Positions 12,368 through 23,761 of a stretch of DNA of 64,000 bases are shown in pieces (the first letter of the stretch is position 1; the number at the start of each line of letters is the position of its first letter). The notes beneath the pieces were generated by a model, which was not told the origin of the DNA, made no database searches, and saw only the letters and a program-made list of their open reading frames with translations. The stretch spans positions 1 to 64,000 of the forward strand of contig JADIIX010000036.1 in assembly GCA_027604505.1 (NCBI GenBank), in the 5' to 3' direction. The translations under genes and the position numbers were made by a program. This DNA comes from Gonapodya sp. JEL0774 (taxonomy: Eukaryota).

Positions 12368-15300
12368 ATGCCTGGTAGTGAATCGGTACCGGCTGACCCC
12401 TGGGAAGACAATAATCTGGAGCTGGGTGGTGCTAGAGCGCAGCATGCTCTTCTCCAACGGATCATTGAGAGTGATGCTCTCCTCGATGTGCAAGGACCTA
12501 TTGGAAAGGTTTCTCATGTCATATGGGACGACGACAAAGCCCCGGGCAGCATGAACATAGTTTCCACTGCCCCTGAAGTGGTGGTTCAATTTCGTGAGTG
12601 CTCGGACCTGTCGCGGTGATTGCTAGACTTCGTTCTGTCAAAAATTGATTTCGGGGGTCATACCATCGTCATTCGTCGTTTCTGACCGAAGTGCGTTGCG
12701 TTCTCTACCAGGAACTCTCACCTTGGAATCCCGGGTTTCTACAGTCGCTCCGGGAAAAAGCTCCGATGCAGACTATTTCACAAATATCGAGTTCCACAAA
12801 TCGACCCCGGACGGAATATGCAAGGCGTTCAACGTCGATCCTGCCGTGGGACTGGAAAACGCAGTTCAACAGCGCCGCCGGCAGAAGGATGGCCCCAACA
12901 TCGTCACCCAAGCGAAGCCAAAGCATCTTTGGAAGATCCTCGGATACTTGTTCGGTGGATTCTGCTCCGTGCTTTGGGTTGGAGTCCTCACCTTTTTCTT
13001 ATGCTGGAGGCCGCTCTCGGATCCACCATCGGCAACAAACTTGGCACTTGCAATCTTAGTCATATTCGTTATTTTTCTTCAGGCTTCATTTTCAGGTTCG
13101 TTCCTTGTGCTTTCTTGGGAACCGCAGTTCACTTAGGGTTAGGATTGTCCCTCTAGCCTTCCAAGATTGGTCAACCCATAAAGTCATGAGCTCGATACTC
13201 AATCTCATGCCGTCTGAATGCGCCGTTCTCCGTGACGGAGGACTTGTTCGTGTGCCCGCTACTGACCTCGTTCGTGGCGACATCGTATCCCTCTCGTCGG
13301 GAAACAAAGTTCCTGCCGACCTTCGACTCATTGAGGCATCCGCTGACGCGAGATTTGATCGTTCTATCCTTACTGGTGAAAGTGAAGAAGTGGACGGACG
13401 GGTTGACATGACCGATCCGGATTTCCTGGAATCGAAGAATATTGCACTGATGGGAACCCATATGGTATGTGTGTGAATGTCACTATTTGGGTGTAGTGTA
13501 GTCGTTTATCGGTTTGCCCGTGTCTTGCAGACGAATGGCTCTGCGAAAGGAATCGTAATTCTCACGGGTGCCAGAACCGTGATGGGTCGCATTTCAAAGA
13601 TTACTGCAACGACGGCTCAGAAAGAGACCCTGATCCAGCAAGAAATCAACCGCTTTGTGAGGATTATTGTTCTCCTCACAGTCGTTCTTGCCACAACAAT
13701 CTTGCTCTCGTGGGTGGGATGGTTGCGTGTCACTCACTTTTCGTTCATCAACGTGGTTGGCATATTGGGTGGGTGGTTTGCATTTGTTGAGAGTCTTTGA
13801 CTTCTGTCTTACCGATAGTTCCTGAAGTCACCTTGATGGGCTGTGTCGTCGCCTTCATCCCCGAGGGAATGCCCATGGGTGTAACCAGTACTCTCTCTCT
13901 GATAGCCCGACGCATGAAAGAGGTCAACGTCCTTCCGAAATCGCTTGCCACCGTCGAAACCCTCGGTTGTGTAAACGTAATCTGCTCCGACAAGACAGGG
14001 ACGCTCACGCAAAACGCCATGCAAGTCACCGCGTTCGGATTTGCAGATGGGACATCGCATTCGGTTCCATCTGAGGGCTTCAACCGGACTATCGCCCCTA
14101 TGAACGAGGCACTGAACGAGCTCTTCAAAGCCGCTGCGCTTTGCAACGAAGCCACGTTCGACAGGAGCCACACATCTCAGGGATCTTCCGCTCAGTCTCG
14201 TGTCAACGGAAATGCTACCGATGCCGCCATCCTTCGGTTTGCGGAATCAATCGCATCGACTGATAGCATCCGCGCGACCAACATACCGTCTTACAGCGTC
14301 CCTTTCAACTCCAAGAACAAGTGGATGTTACGAATGTTTGGATCCAATTTCGACGCTGACTCTGCGTCCGAGTTCTTGGTGTACGTGAAAGGAGCACCGG
14401 ACGTTGTCTTACCAGCTTGCGCTTCATACTGGAGTAGTACTGGAAACAAAGTGGTGGAGCTCTCCGATGGCGTCATGGAATCTGCAGTTGCTTTGCAGGA
14501 GAAATGGTCTCGCAATGGATTCCGTGTCATCGCGCTGTGCTCTCGTCGATACTCCCCACACAATGCGCTGGATTCTAATGCTCTCACGGACGAGCTCACC
14601 TCGAAGTGTTTCAGAGATCTCACACTCGTTGGGATGATTGCAATTATCGACCCTCCGAGGCCGGAAACAAAACAGACGGTTGCCGACTGCCGCAGGGCTG
14701 GTATGAGGTTTTTCATGGTCACCGGTGACTTTGGCCTTACGGCGGCGGCAATCGGGCGTATGGTTGGGATTCTCACCCATGAAGGAGAGCCTCATTCGAT
14801 TATGGACATTTCCGAAGCTGTCAAGGAATCCAAAAGTGTAGACGAGAATGGCTTTGTACCAGCGAGTTTGGTCCTCGAGGGCAAGCATATTGGTGATCTT
14901 ACGGATGCTCAATGGGATGTCGTGTGCAGATATTCGGAGATCGTTTTTGCCAGAACCACACCGGAGCAGAAGTTGACGATCGTGAATCAGTTCAAGAGCC
15001 GTGATTGCGTCGTTGCCGTAACCGGTGATGGAGTAAATGATGCACCCGCGCTCAAGGCGGCCCACGTTGGAATTGCCATTTCGACGGGCAGTGATGTCGC
15101 CATCGAAGCCGCAACTCTGGTTCTCCTCGGCACGTTTGATTCGATTACTACAGCGGTCCGCCTTGGTAGATTGGTATTTCAGAACCTGCAAAAAGTCATC
15201 TCATATCTCCTCCCTGCGGGAAGTTGGTCCGAGATCTGGCCGGTACTTCTCAACATTTACTTTGGTGTTCCGCTGCCACTCAGTTCTTTCCTCATGATCA

Positions 15301-15989
15301 TCATCTGCGTCTTCACGGATCTGTTCCTTTCGCTTGCTCTCATCATGGAACGTGAAGAGTTCGATCTCCTCAGTCTACCTCCAAGAAACCACAAGCGAGA
15401 TCACCTTATCAACTTGAAAATCTATCTCCAGGTTTGTGACCAACTTGGTTGATTGCAAATGGTACATTATCTGACCTGTTGCTTTCAGAGCTATCTGTTC
15501 ATTGGGACCATGATGACAGTCATATCACATGGCATGTTCTTCCTCTACTTTTGGAGATACGCTGGTATCCCGATGAGCGCACTCTTTTTCGCATATGAGG
15601 ACTACCAAGATGGTTTCTACGGATACACAAGCAACGAACTTGTTTACTTCAACACGCAAGGGCAATGCGTCTACTTCGTTACCCTTGTTATTCTCCAGCT
15701 TGGTAATCTTCTCTCTGTTCGGAACAAACGACGCTCTATCCTGCAATCTGACCCCGTGTTCAAGAAACCAAATCCATGGATATTTGTTGCGGCCTTCATT
15801 GCTTTGGCTATCGCTATATTCGTAACAGAAGTCCCGTGGATCCAAAACCTCTTCGGCACAGCGCCAGTGCCGGTTGAGTTTTGGATTCTTCCGATTCCAT
15901 TCGCGATCTTTATCCTGTTCGCGGACGAAATGCGGAAACTTTGCGTTCGGTTGTGGCCCAATGGATTCCTTGCCAAGGTTGCGTGGTGA
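12368..15989 (+). CDS. P-type cation ATPase, Na+/K+-ATPase-related (fungal ACU-like)
   Basis: Motifs DRSILTGES, FIPEGMP, ICSDKTGTLTQN, KGAPD, DPPR, MVTGD, FARTTPEQK, TGDGVNDAPALK and YLLPAGSWSE; several short introns. The start codon is inferred. Confidence 0.93.
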
Positions 15990-16459
15990 ACAACCTGCTA
16001 TTGTACAGAGCTTTTGCTCGATTGGATGTTCGCAGGAGATCGTGTGGCGAAAATGGTCTAAGCGTTGAAAAATTGTGTCGTTGAAACTGCGTGAAGGGAT
16101 AGAGGTATGTCAGCGAAAAAATGTGGGAGAGATGGCCAATGGTTGTTTGATGTTGTAAATTAGACAAACGAAAAATAATATAGATCGTTTAATTTTTTGA
16201 ATTCGCAATATCTTCACGTCATCAACTACACGAAGGAGGTCATGTTGGGGGAACTTCTTTTTTCTTTCTGAACAATCCTATAAACCAACTTCTTCCGAGT
16301 CTTCTTAAGCTTTGCTGATTCACCATATCACAAATAGTCTCTGTCGGTGGGCATAGAACTCGACCAGAAGGTATGCACTACGGAAAGAAAATCAATGTGG
16401 AGTTGTGCAAAGGAACCAGGCGTGCGTGACGATCAGCTCGTCGGGACCGGACCCACTCA

Positions 16460-17830
16460 CCCTCTATCAAAAATGGTGGGAAGAGCCGCCAAGATGACGA
16501 TCTGAGTGCCGAGGTTGATGAGGTGGACGTCTTCACGGCCGATGAAGTCGGACAAGGTACGGGATCGATATCCGTCCCAGGGCGGTGAAGATGGCGAACA
16601 CGGCGTTGATGGTGGACGCTTCGTTGGCGTCTTTGTGGAACTGGTTCTTGATCTGGTTGTGGGGAGGGGGAAGGAGGGTTCAAGGGGTTGTTAAGTGAGC
16701 GGGAGTGGTGTTGACGAGCCGATCAGGCGTGTCCAACGACCGAACGTAACGAATGGCACGCTTCTCACCATGTCCTGAAGCTTGGAGGTCGGTCGTAAGC
16801 CCGAATAATATGTTACTTAGCAGCATGACGAACATCATCTTGAACTCGACCTGCCCAGGTCCAGGTCCAGGTCCAGGTCCAGGTCGCCGTACGCACATTT
16901 GCGCCAATCAACGCGCAATCAACGCGAACTTTTGTTGTTTCGAGTACGGGGTTCGGGGGGGGGGCAGGGGGGGGCGTGATCAACCGATCGGATGAGCAGG
17001 GTGGCGGGCCGGGAGGTGGTCGATTCAAGGCGCGGAACTACTCACCGAAGATATCGCGTCCACCAGATTCATGGCCTGCATGGCCGCCAACGGACTCGTC
17101 GGGGACACTTCCAACACCGCCTGCTTTGCCTCGCCATCCCCATTCCCATCCCCCATCCCACCACCAACCTCATTCCCTTCCTTCCCCTCCTGCACGTCCA
17201 CGTTGACCGCCGCCTTCTCCTCCCCTTCCCCGGTGTCCGTTGACCCTTCCGTCTCTGCCCCTTTCACGATCATGTTGAGGTTCTCGGTCCCCTTGACGGT
17301 GTCCACGGTGATGCCCTTGAGGGAGTACCCCGGGGGAGGCACGCGGAGCACGGGGATGGTGAGCAGGCACACGCCGAGGTAGGTGAAGCCGACGACGACA
17401 AAGGTCTTGACGACGCCGTATTGGGCGATGAGGGCCTGGAATCGGTTGAAGGGGGAACGGAGCGTACGGGGTCGGGGGTAACGATAATTCGGACGTCAGT
17501 GTGGCACTCCTGGACCACGACAGGAGATACATGAAAACGTACGGTCTGCAGGTACGACGCGAAGAACGACCCGAGTCCGAACCCTGCCCACGGCGAACCC
17601 CGAGGCCAGGCCCCGTTTGTCAAGGAACCATTTCTGCAGCGGGGAGACGGGGGAGATGTAACTGAATGGGAAAACACGGTGGTCGTCACGATCGAGCACG
17701 GGTCTCCCTATTCCACCCCCCATCCCCCCGAGGAAGGGGGTTGGGAAGTGGAGCTGCGTGTGCTCACCTGCGGGGTTCCCCGAGATGATGGTGTCGATGG
17801 CAGGGTTGTATCCCGACCAGGCATCTGAAA
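16460..17830 (-). pseudogene. Fragmentary MFS transporter (oxalate/formate antiporter-like) pseudogene
   Basis: Exon remnants AWSGYNPAID, YISPVSPLQKWFLDKRGLASGFAV/AGFGLGSFF, FKMMFVMLLSNILFG and AIFTALGRI../LSDFIGR; two +1 frameshifts; no N- or C-terminal exons found. Confidence 0.75.
16855..16884 (+). repeat. (CCAGGT)5 microsatellite
   Basis: Five tandem hexamers read directly from the sequence. Confidence 0.9.
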
Positions 17831-18573
17831 ATCGAAGTACGTCGCACGGCATCGTAAAAAATTCCGGTCGAAATTTCGAGGGAGAGAAACGTTGTTTGGT
17901 GGGTTGTGTGAGTGAACGGCGGGCGTGCTCGCCTTCTCTTCGCAAGGTCCCAGGTTTCGTAAGTGTTTGGATTCGCAGTTGCAACTAGAGCTTATCTTGC
18001 TTTCCCTTTCGGGACAAAACGTACGTAGCCTGGAAGGGAAGGGTTTTGACGGACTGGTTCGAATCATTGTGTTGGCTGACATCATCCGTTTGCCATTTAC
18101 ACGAACCAACCACGTTGTCATCAGAGACGAGACCTTGATCGCTACGCTGCACTCAATCTCTCTTGCGTCACTTCCATCGAGCCCCATGATGGCCACAATT
18201 CTCATTCCCCTCGTGATCGTCACAGGCATCGTCACGGGCAGTGGTGGGCCTACCAAATTCCACGAACTCGATCTGCGCAAAGCAAGAAAGGGAGATTGAC
18301 AGCAGCTTCATACGAACGGTGTAACGATGTAACGGGAGGTGGATTGAGATGACGAGAAAGCAGAGAAAACAACAAAGGTTAAAAGAGAAAGGGAAACAGA
18401 GAACACTTACATAAGTAACGAATTATTGGACATGAAACGGAGGGATAAAATGAATTAATTAGAATTGGGGATGGGAGGGAGTGGGCGTGGAGTGTAGAGA
18501 ATTACTTGTGTGAGTCCTCACCCGCACCCAGACCCGTCAGCGAGTTCCCGAGTTTTCAGAAGCAACAGCAGCG

Positions 18574-19947
18574 ATGGTGGGTTGAGGGGACGCGCACAAG
18601 GGAAGAAGGGGACACAGAGTGCGAGGGAGGGATCGACCAGTGCAGAGTCTGGGGGAGGGCGATGGATGGATGTGGGGAGCGGGGACCACAGGGGGGGACA
18701 GACAGTGGGCGGACACGACGGGCGACTCCAGCCAACACCCGCCAACAAGCGATGGGAACACACTCCCAGACATGGACTACAGACAAGCCGGAAAGTGCGG
18801 GAACTCGGGCGTGGGGCATGGCAGCCAAGAGAAAACCCAGTGGGGACTGGGCGGGAAGGACTGTGTGGACAGCCGCGACAGACACGGCAGACAGACAATC
18901 AGACTCGTTCTCTCACTCGCCCACGGACACCAGGGCTGGAGGCGAAGCATTCTGAGCCCGAACAGCTGTTGGATTCGTGTCGTGGGCCGGAGACCGAATG
19001 CGTTCATTTCGTTCATTTGGTGCGAACCTGGTCCACATCAAACTCCTCCTTGCTTCTCTCCCCACCGCCATGTCCCTTGTGTTCTTGCTGCTCATTCCGC
19101 TTGCTCTTCACCCCATTTCTCCGTTCCCTCACTCACCCACTCCCCACTCCCCACTCTCAGACCAAGGGTACCCAAGCCTTCGGAAAGCGCCACAACAAGT
19201 CCCACACCCTCTGCATCCGCTGTGGCCGCAGATCCTTCCACAACCAGAAGAAGGAGTGCTCTTCGTGCGGATACCCAGCTGCAAAGATTCGGTCATGTGA
19301 GTACTTTTTTTTTTGAAAATGGGCTGGTGGGAATTGCTGGTTGCTGGTGCTTGGTGCTGGCTGGCGGTGACTGGTCGTGGCTGGTGGGGCATGAGGCATG
19401 GGGCATAGGGGTCGGGACGGATGAGAGCTCATGATTGGGTAGGGCATAGTGCGGGAGCAAGGGTCCGGCACGATGGACATCGGGGGGTCTCTCCACCCAC
19501 GCGAGTGACGCCGAGGGTGTCTAACGCCATTCGGCTCACCTGAGAGGCCTTTGGGGAGGGACACATACCTCGCAGGCGAATAGGGCATCCAGCCACCCTA
19601 TTCGCCATCGCCGCCCTCGATTGCAGGCTGTCGCCTGGCGCCCCTCCAGAGGAGACTTTGTGCCCATCCGTGGGACAGTCGAGAGTGGACCGCCCATCAC
19701 AAGGACCCGTCGAGCGTCGAGCGAGGAGCCACTCTCCCTTGCCCCCCCGCCCCCCCCCCCCCCTTCCCCATCTCACCTTCTCACTTTCCCCCCTCTCCGC
19801 TCCCCAGACGGCTGGTCCGTCAAGGCCCAACGCCGCAAGACGACCGGCACCGGGCGCGTGCGGCACCTCAAGACCATCCCCAGGAGGTTCAAGAACGGGT
19901 TCAGGGAGGGCAAGGCTGCCAAGCCCAGGCAGGCCGGGACGGCGTGA
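18574..19947 (+). CDS. RPL37: 60S ribosomal protein L37 (eL37), 3 exons
   Basis: ATG|GTGGGT at 18574-18576 (inferred ATG-only first coding exon); exon 19161-19296 [45 protein letters not shown]; exon 19808-19947 [21 protein letters not shown]. Confidence 0.97.
18984..19040 (+). ncRNA. Candidate H/ACA-type hairpin in RPL37 intron 1
   Basis: Lower stem GGGCCGG/CTGGTCC, internal loop, upper stem ACCGAATG/CATTTGGT, then ACA at 19035-19037. No clear H box was seen. Confidence 0.4.
19461..19708 (+). ncRNA. Candidate structured RNA in RPL37 intron 2
   Basis: Several nested helices including the perfect 11-bp stem GGCGAATAGGG/CCCTATTCGCC; ACA at 19699-19701. Confidence 0.4.
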
Positions 19948-22120
19948 GCGATAGCGTGATGGGATTGATGGGGTGGTGTGAGGTGTGAGCGGGAGGGGAA
20001 GGGGAAGGGGTGACGGGATGGGACGGGTCGCACGGTGACCCCGGGCTGGTGAACGTGGCGGAGGTTTGGAATTGTGATGTAGGACGGTTCGGCGTCGGAT
20101 GGCGTGTGATAGTGTGTGGACGAGCATGAGCACTGAGCATGGTCCCGAATCATGAATACACAAGCGCACATATTTTTCCCTTTACTATTCCCACCCCCCT
20201 TCTTTTGTGTGTGTGTTGTGTGTGTTCTCGTGTCTGCCCGGATGGTTACTTGGGAACCACCAAGACCTGTCCGTAATACCCCGTGCGCCACCTCGTAAAA
20301 GAGTGGAGCGTGTGTTGGGTACCGTGTACCGTGTACCGTGTGGCGTGCGCCGTGCGCCGTGCGCCGAGCCGCTTGTACCGCCCGCCCCCGCGGATCCCAC
20401 CGTACCTCTTGTAGGTCCACCACCCGCGACCGCCATGTACCGTACTCCTCGTGCAACCACGTCTGTCCATCTGGCCATCTCCTCCATCCCCCCCCCCCCC
20501 CCCCCGGCGCCCATCCGGGTTCACTCGCCTCGGCTCTCCGCGGCCCTGCACGGCCCCCGGGTGCCGGGTGTGGTTTGGTGGGTGTGGCCCCCCCACCCAT
20601 CCCCCCCCCCCCCCCCTCTGCGCCCTCTCGAGTCTGGGCGCCGGGGACTCAGATCTCGGAGACGATGCTGTTTCAAATATGTTTCATACGCGCTTATCGA
20701 GGGGAGAATTCGCCTCTGGTGGACACACTCGCTTTGCTCTAACGTGTCCTCGCTCTGTTCGCTGCGCTCACTTTGCTAATGACACAATTACACCACATTA
20801 CTCCCTTTTCAACTTTCCCCTCAAAAGAAAACGCATGGAGTTAAAGTATAAAATATGTATGTTCAATTACAGTAATGAAGCATCTTTTCCTTGTTTTTCG
20901 ACCCATGCAGAATCACATTTGTTAACCCGGACGTCGCGGAAACCGTTTTTGTAACTTCGGGAATGCTCAGAGACATTCGTAAATGATAGAAATTCAATGT
21001 TGTTTTGCATTGGACTCGAGCTCTATGTACAGTGGCAAACTCGAAAAGCTTCGTACTGCAATGAAAGAACTCAATGAGGAATTGGTCCGACCTGTAGGAA
21101 AAACACACCGAGTGTAGTTGACCAATGTAACCGAGATTTCTTAACGGAAGTACTACAAAGCGCATAGGCGGATATGTAGCTGGTTGACGGGATCAATATA
21201 TTTTCTGAGGCCACTACCTGGAGTCAACATAGATCCACTTGTGTAACATATAATCCCCACAACTCAAATCGTTAATGCGTCATAGAATAGAATACTCTCG
21301 CAAGCAAGGTCACCACTGCACTACACGCGAAGCGCATCTTTCTCGCCAGGATAGCAAAATCGAGTGGCAGAAAAGCTAATGATCTGGAGCAACCGGAGAG
21401 CCAAATGTGATGCTAATCGCCGGAGGAGTTTTAACTTTAAGATTTAACATTAGCCCTTCAACATATTGCATTGACGAATTGGGCATTGAACGTGCAGTAT
21501 CCTTGATGAGTTCCTTGATGCGATGAAAGGGTTAGGGGGATATGTGGGGGATGAAGGGACGACATCGGAGGCGACGGAACTTCACGTTCCCGCCCCAATT
21601 AGCACAATTCCACAAACCTTGATAAGATTTCTGTTTTAATGACTGCGAGAATGTCCTTGGAGCAACCCCTTGAAGTGCATTTTTTTCGGTGGTAAAAGAA
21701 GCTCGGTCGTGCAGTGCAAATGTTTTGTCGGCAAATGGCTCGCAGAGTGCATGTGTAGCGACCGCTTTTCTCTCTTTTCTCGAGCCATGTTAAAATTATT
21801 CTGTGTGATATGTTCAGAAGCCACTCACCATTCCGCCTGCCTTCTCCGGAGTTTTTGGCGCCTCTTCTCTCGATTCAAAACGAGCGCGAAACTCCAACGA
21901 AGATCACGTAGAGCAGTGCTACTCATCTGAAATTGGGTTAGATGAGCGTAATACGGATGGAGTTTGTGACTGTCCCGCCCTTTCAAGGAGTCCAGGATTG
22001 TATATCCGACGGGAGTCACCAAGTAGTGGGGCCATATTATATTGCCGCCCCAACAGACTCGCAATCTGCAAATCCGCTATTTAACACTTCCGATTTCCGG
22101 TCGTACCTCGCTACAACGAA

Positions 22121-22957
22121 ATGGCGTGGAATTGGTCAAACTTCAACGTGTATGATCCTTCCCACCGGTTTCTGGCTCTGTGCTACATGGCCAACCTCAT
22201 TGTCTGGGTTTTCCGGCTTGTGGAGAGAGCCATGCCCAGTCCCAATGTGCTCCTCCGTCACAAATACACTCAGAAGGGGTTTGGAACTTTGGTGCTCGTC
22301 ATTCACATCACCGGCGGAGTGCTGGAAATCTTGCTTGGACTGGTCGCGTTCTTCTTAAACCCAGAAGATCGCCTTATTCCACTGTACGGAACAGTAGCAG
22401 GTAGGAAAACATGTCAATGTTTACACATTTGCAACGATTCGTGGACTGAGGAGCCACCCGATCAATTTCCAACAGCCTGCGCATTAGGGATGCACGTTCC
22501 CACCGCGTTGCTTATGACACCAACAGTATACGGAGCACGCAGATTAATGCGACCTTTCTACGCCACTTTCTGCGTGCTGCACGCCTATTGCGCCATCCGC
22601 TTGATCATGGACCCACTGAGCCGGGAGTGGCTGATTGCCACGCTCATCATCCTGCACACATACATCTGGGTCCGCGTCTTTTACTTTTTATTGTGGAGGA
22701 CGCATACGTTTCGCGGGGCAACGTACACGCTCAGCGTGCTCTTGGCGGGATTCTTCACGTTCGGGTATATTCCAGGTGTTGGGGACATCAATCTCGAAGT
22801 GATCATCTATGCATGGCTCTTTCTGTACTGTGCCGTCGAGTACTTGGTTTTGAAGTACGTGTTCCACACGAAGGGTGTGATTCTTGAATCGAGGGAAATT
22901 GCACTCACGTTGTACCCGGCGCTGAGCCCCGATAGCGACGATAAGGAGGAGGCATGA
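22121..22957 (+). CDS. Uncharacterised multi-pass membrane protein
   Basis: About 7 hydrophobic segments with His residues (IHITGG, MHVP, LHAY, LHTY); probable 75-nt in-frame intron at 22401-22475. Confidence 0.75.
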   Translation: MAWNWSNFNVYDPSHRFLALCYMANLIVWVFRLVERAMPSPNVLLRHKYTQKGFGTLVLVIHITGGVLEILLGLVAFFLNPEDRLIPLYGTVAGRKTCQCLHICNDSWTEEPPDQFPTACALGMHVPTALLMTPTVYGARRLMRPFYATFCVLHAYCAIRLIMDPLSREWLIATLIILHTYIWVRVFYFLLWRTHTFRGATYTLSVLLAGFFTFGYIPGVGDINLEVIIYAWLFLYCAVEYLVLKYVFHTKGVILESREIALTLYPALSPDSDDKEEA

Positions 22958-23648
22958 ACGCGTAGCTTCGGCCTTAGATCAATGAGTGTAAGGCGAGGGC
23001 GATAAAGCATTTGCGGAGTGAAGGAAGTAAACTTAGATTAATCAGTGTAGAAAGGCGAAGGTGGAACTTCTGCGGAGAATATAATGACATGATTCTTGTG
23101 AAGCATATCCCCACCACTCACCCCAATCCAAATCCCCCCGAACCCTCTTCCCCGCCTCGACGAGCCTCTCCAGCGCGACCTCTGCGTACTCCAGGTTCAC
23201 ATGCTCAACCCGGGAGGGCGATTCAGAGGATGAAGGAGTAGAAGCTGGTGTGGGGGGAGGCGGGGGGTCCAGGTTCCGGAAGAATGCGAGAGTAAAAGGG
23301 AAAAGTGAGATGGAACAATGAAGGTGAAAGGTGAAGGCCACAAAGGGAGCGGATGATAGTACTGACGCGAGCAAGTGCTTCCTAGCGATGCCCGTTTTTG
23401 CTCATCAGACTTCACACGGGGGGCGAGTCGGCGGCACCAGCAAGACAAAGTAAAAGTGCGTCCCCGCGCGTCGGCCGTCGTTCCGGTGCTCAGTGGAGGG
23501 GCTCAGGGGAGGGGATTGGCAAAGGCGGAGAGCGACAGGACTCACCACATGGCCTCTTTGATCATTTGGGAGGTGGTAGTTCTGGGGATGGGGGGATAAG
23601 TGAGATGGTGAGTGCGTTCTGACGGCACGACCCATTAAGGCGATGTAC

Positions 23649-23741
23649 CATTCGCGCTTCACGCAAGTCATTCGTTCACGCAGGTCATTCGCGCTTTGCG
23701 CATGTCTTTCGCGCATTTGCGCTTCGCCCATGTCATTCGCC
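23649..23741 (+). repeat. Degenerate ~20-nt tandem repeat (CATTCGCGCTTCRCGCANGT), about 5 copies
   Basis: Units cattcgcgcttcacgcaagt / cattcgttcacgcaggt / cattcgcgctttgcgcatgt / catttgcgcttcgcccatgt / cattcgcc. Confidence 0.75.
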
Positions 23742-23761
23742 TCCGACGGACAGCCTCGATC

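Noticed and set aside
22962..22995. Loose similarity to U2/U12 snRNA 5' ends
   Set aside because: Needs several indels, lacks an intact branch-pairing sequence, and lies right after a stop codon.
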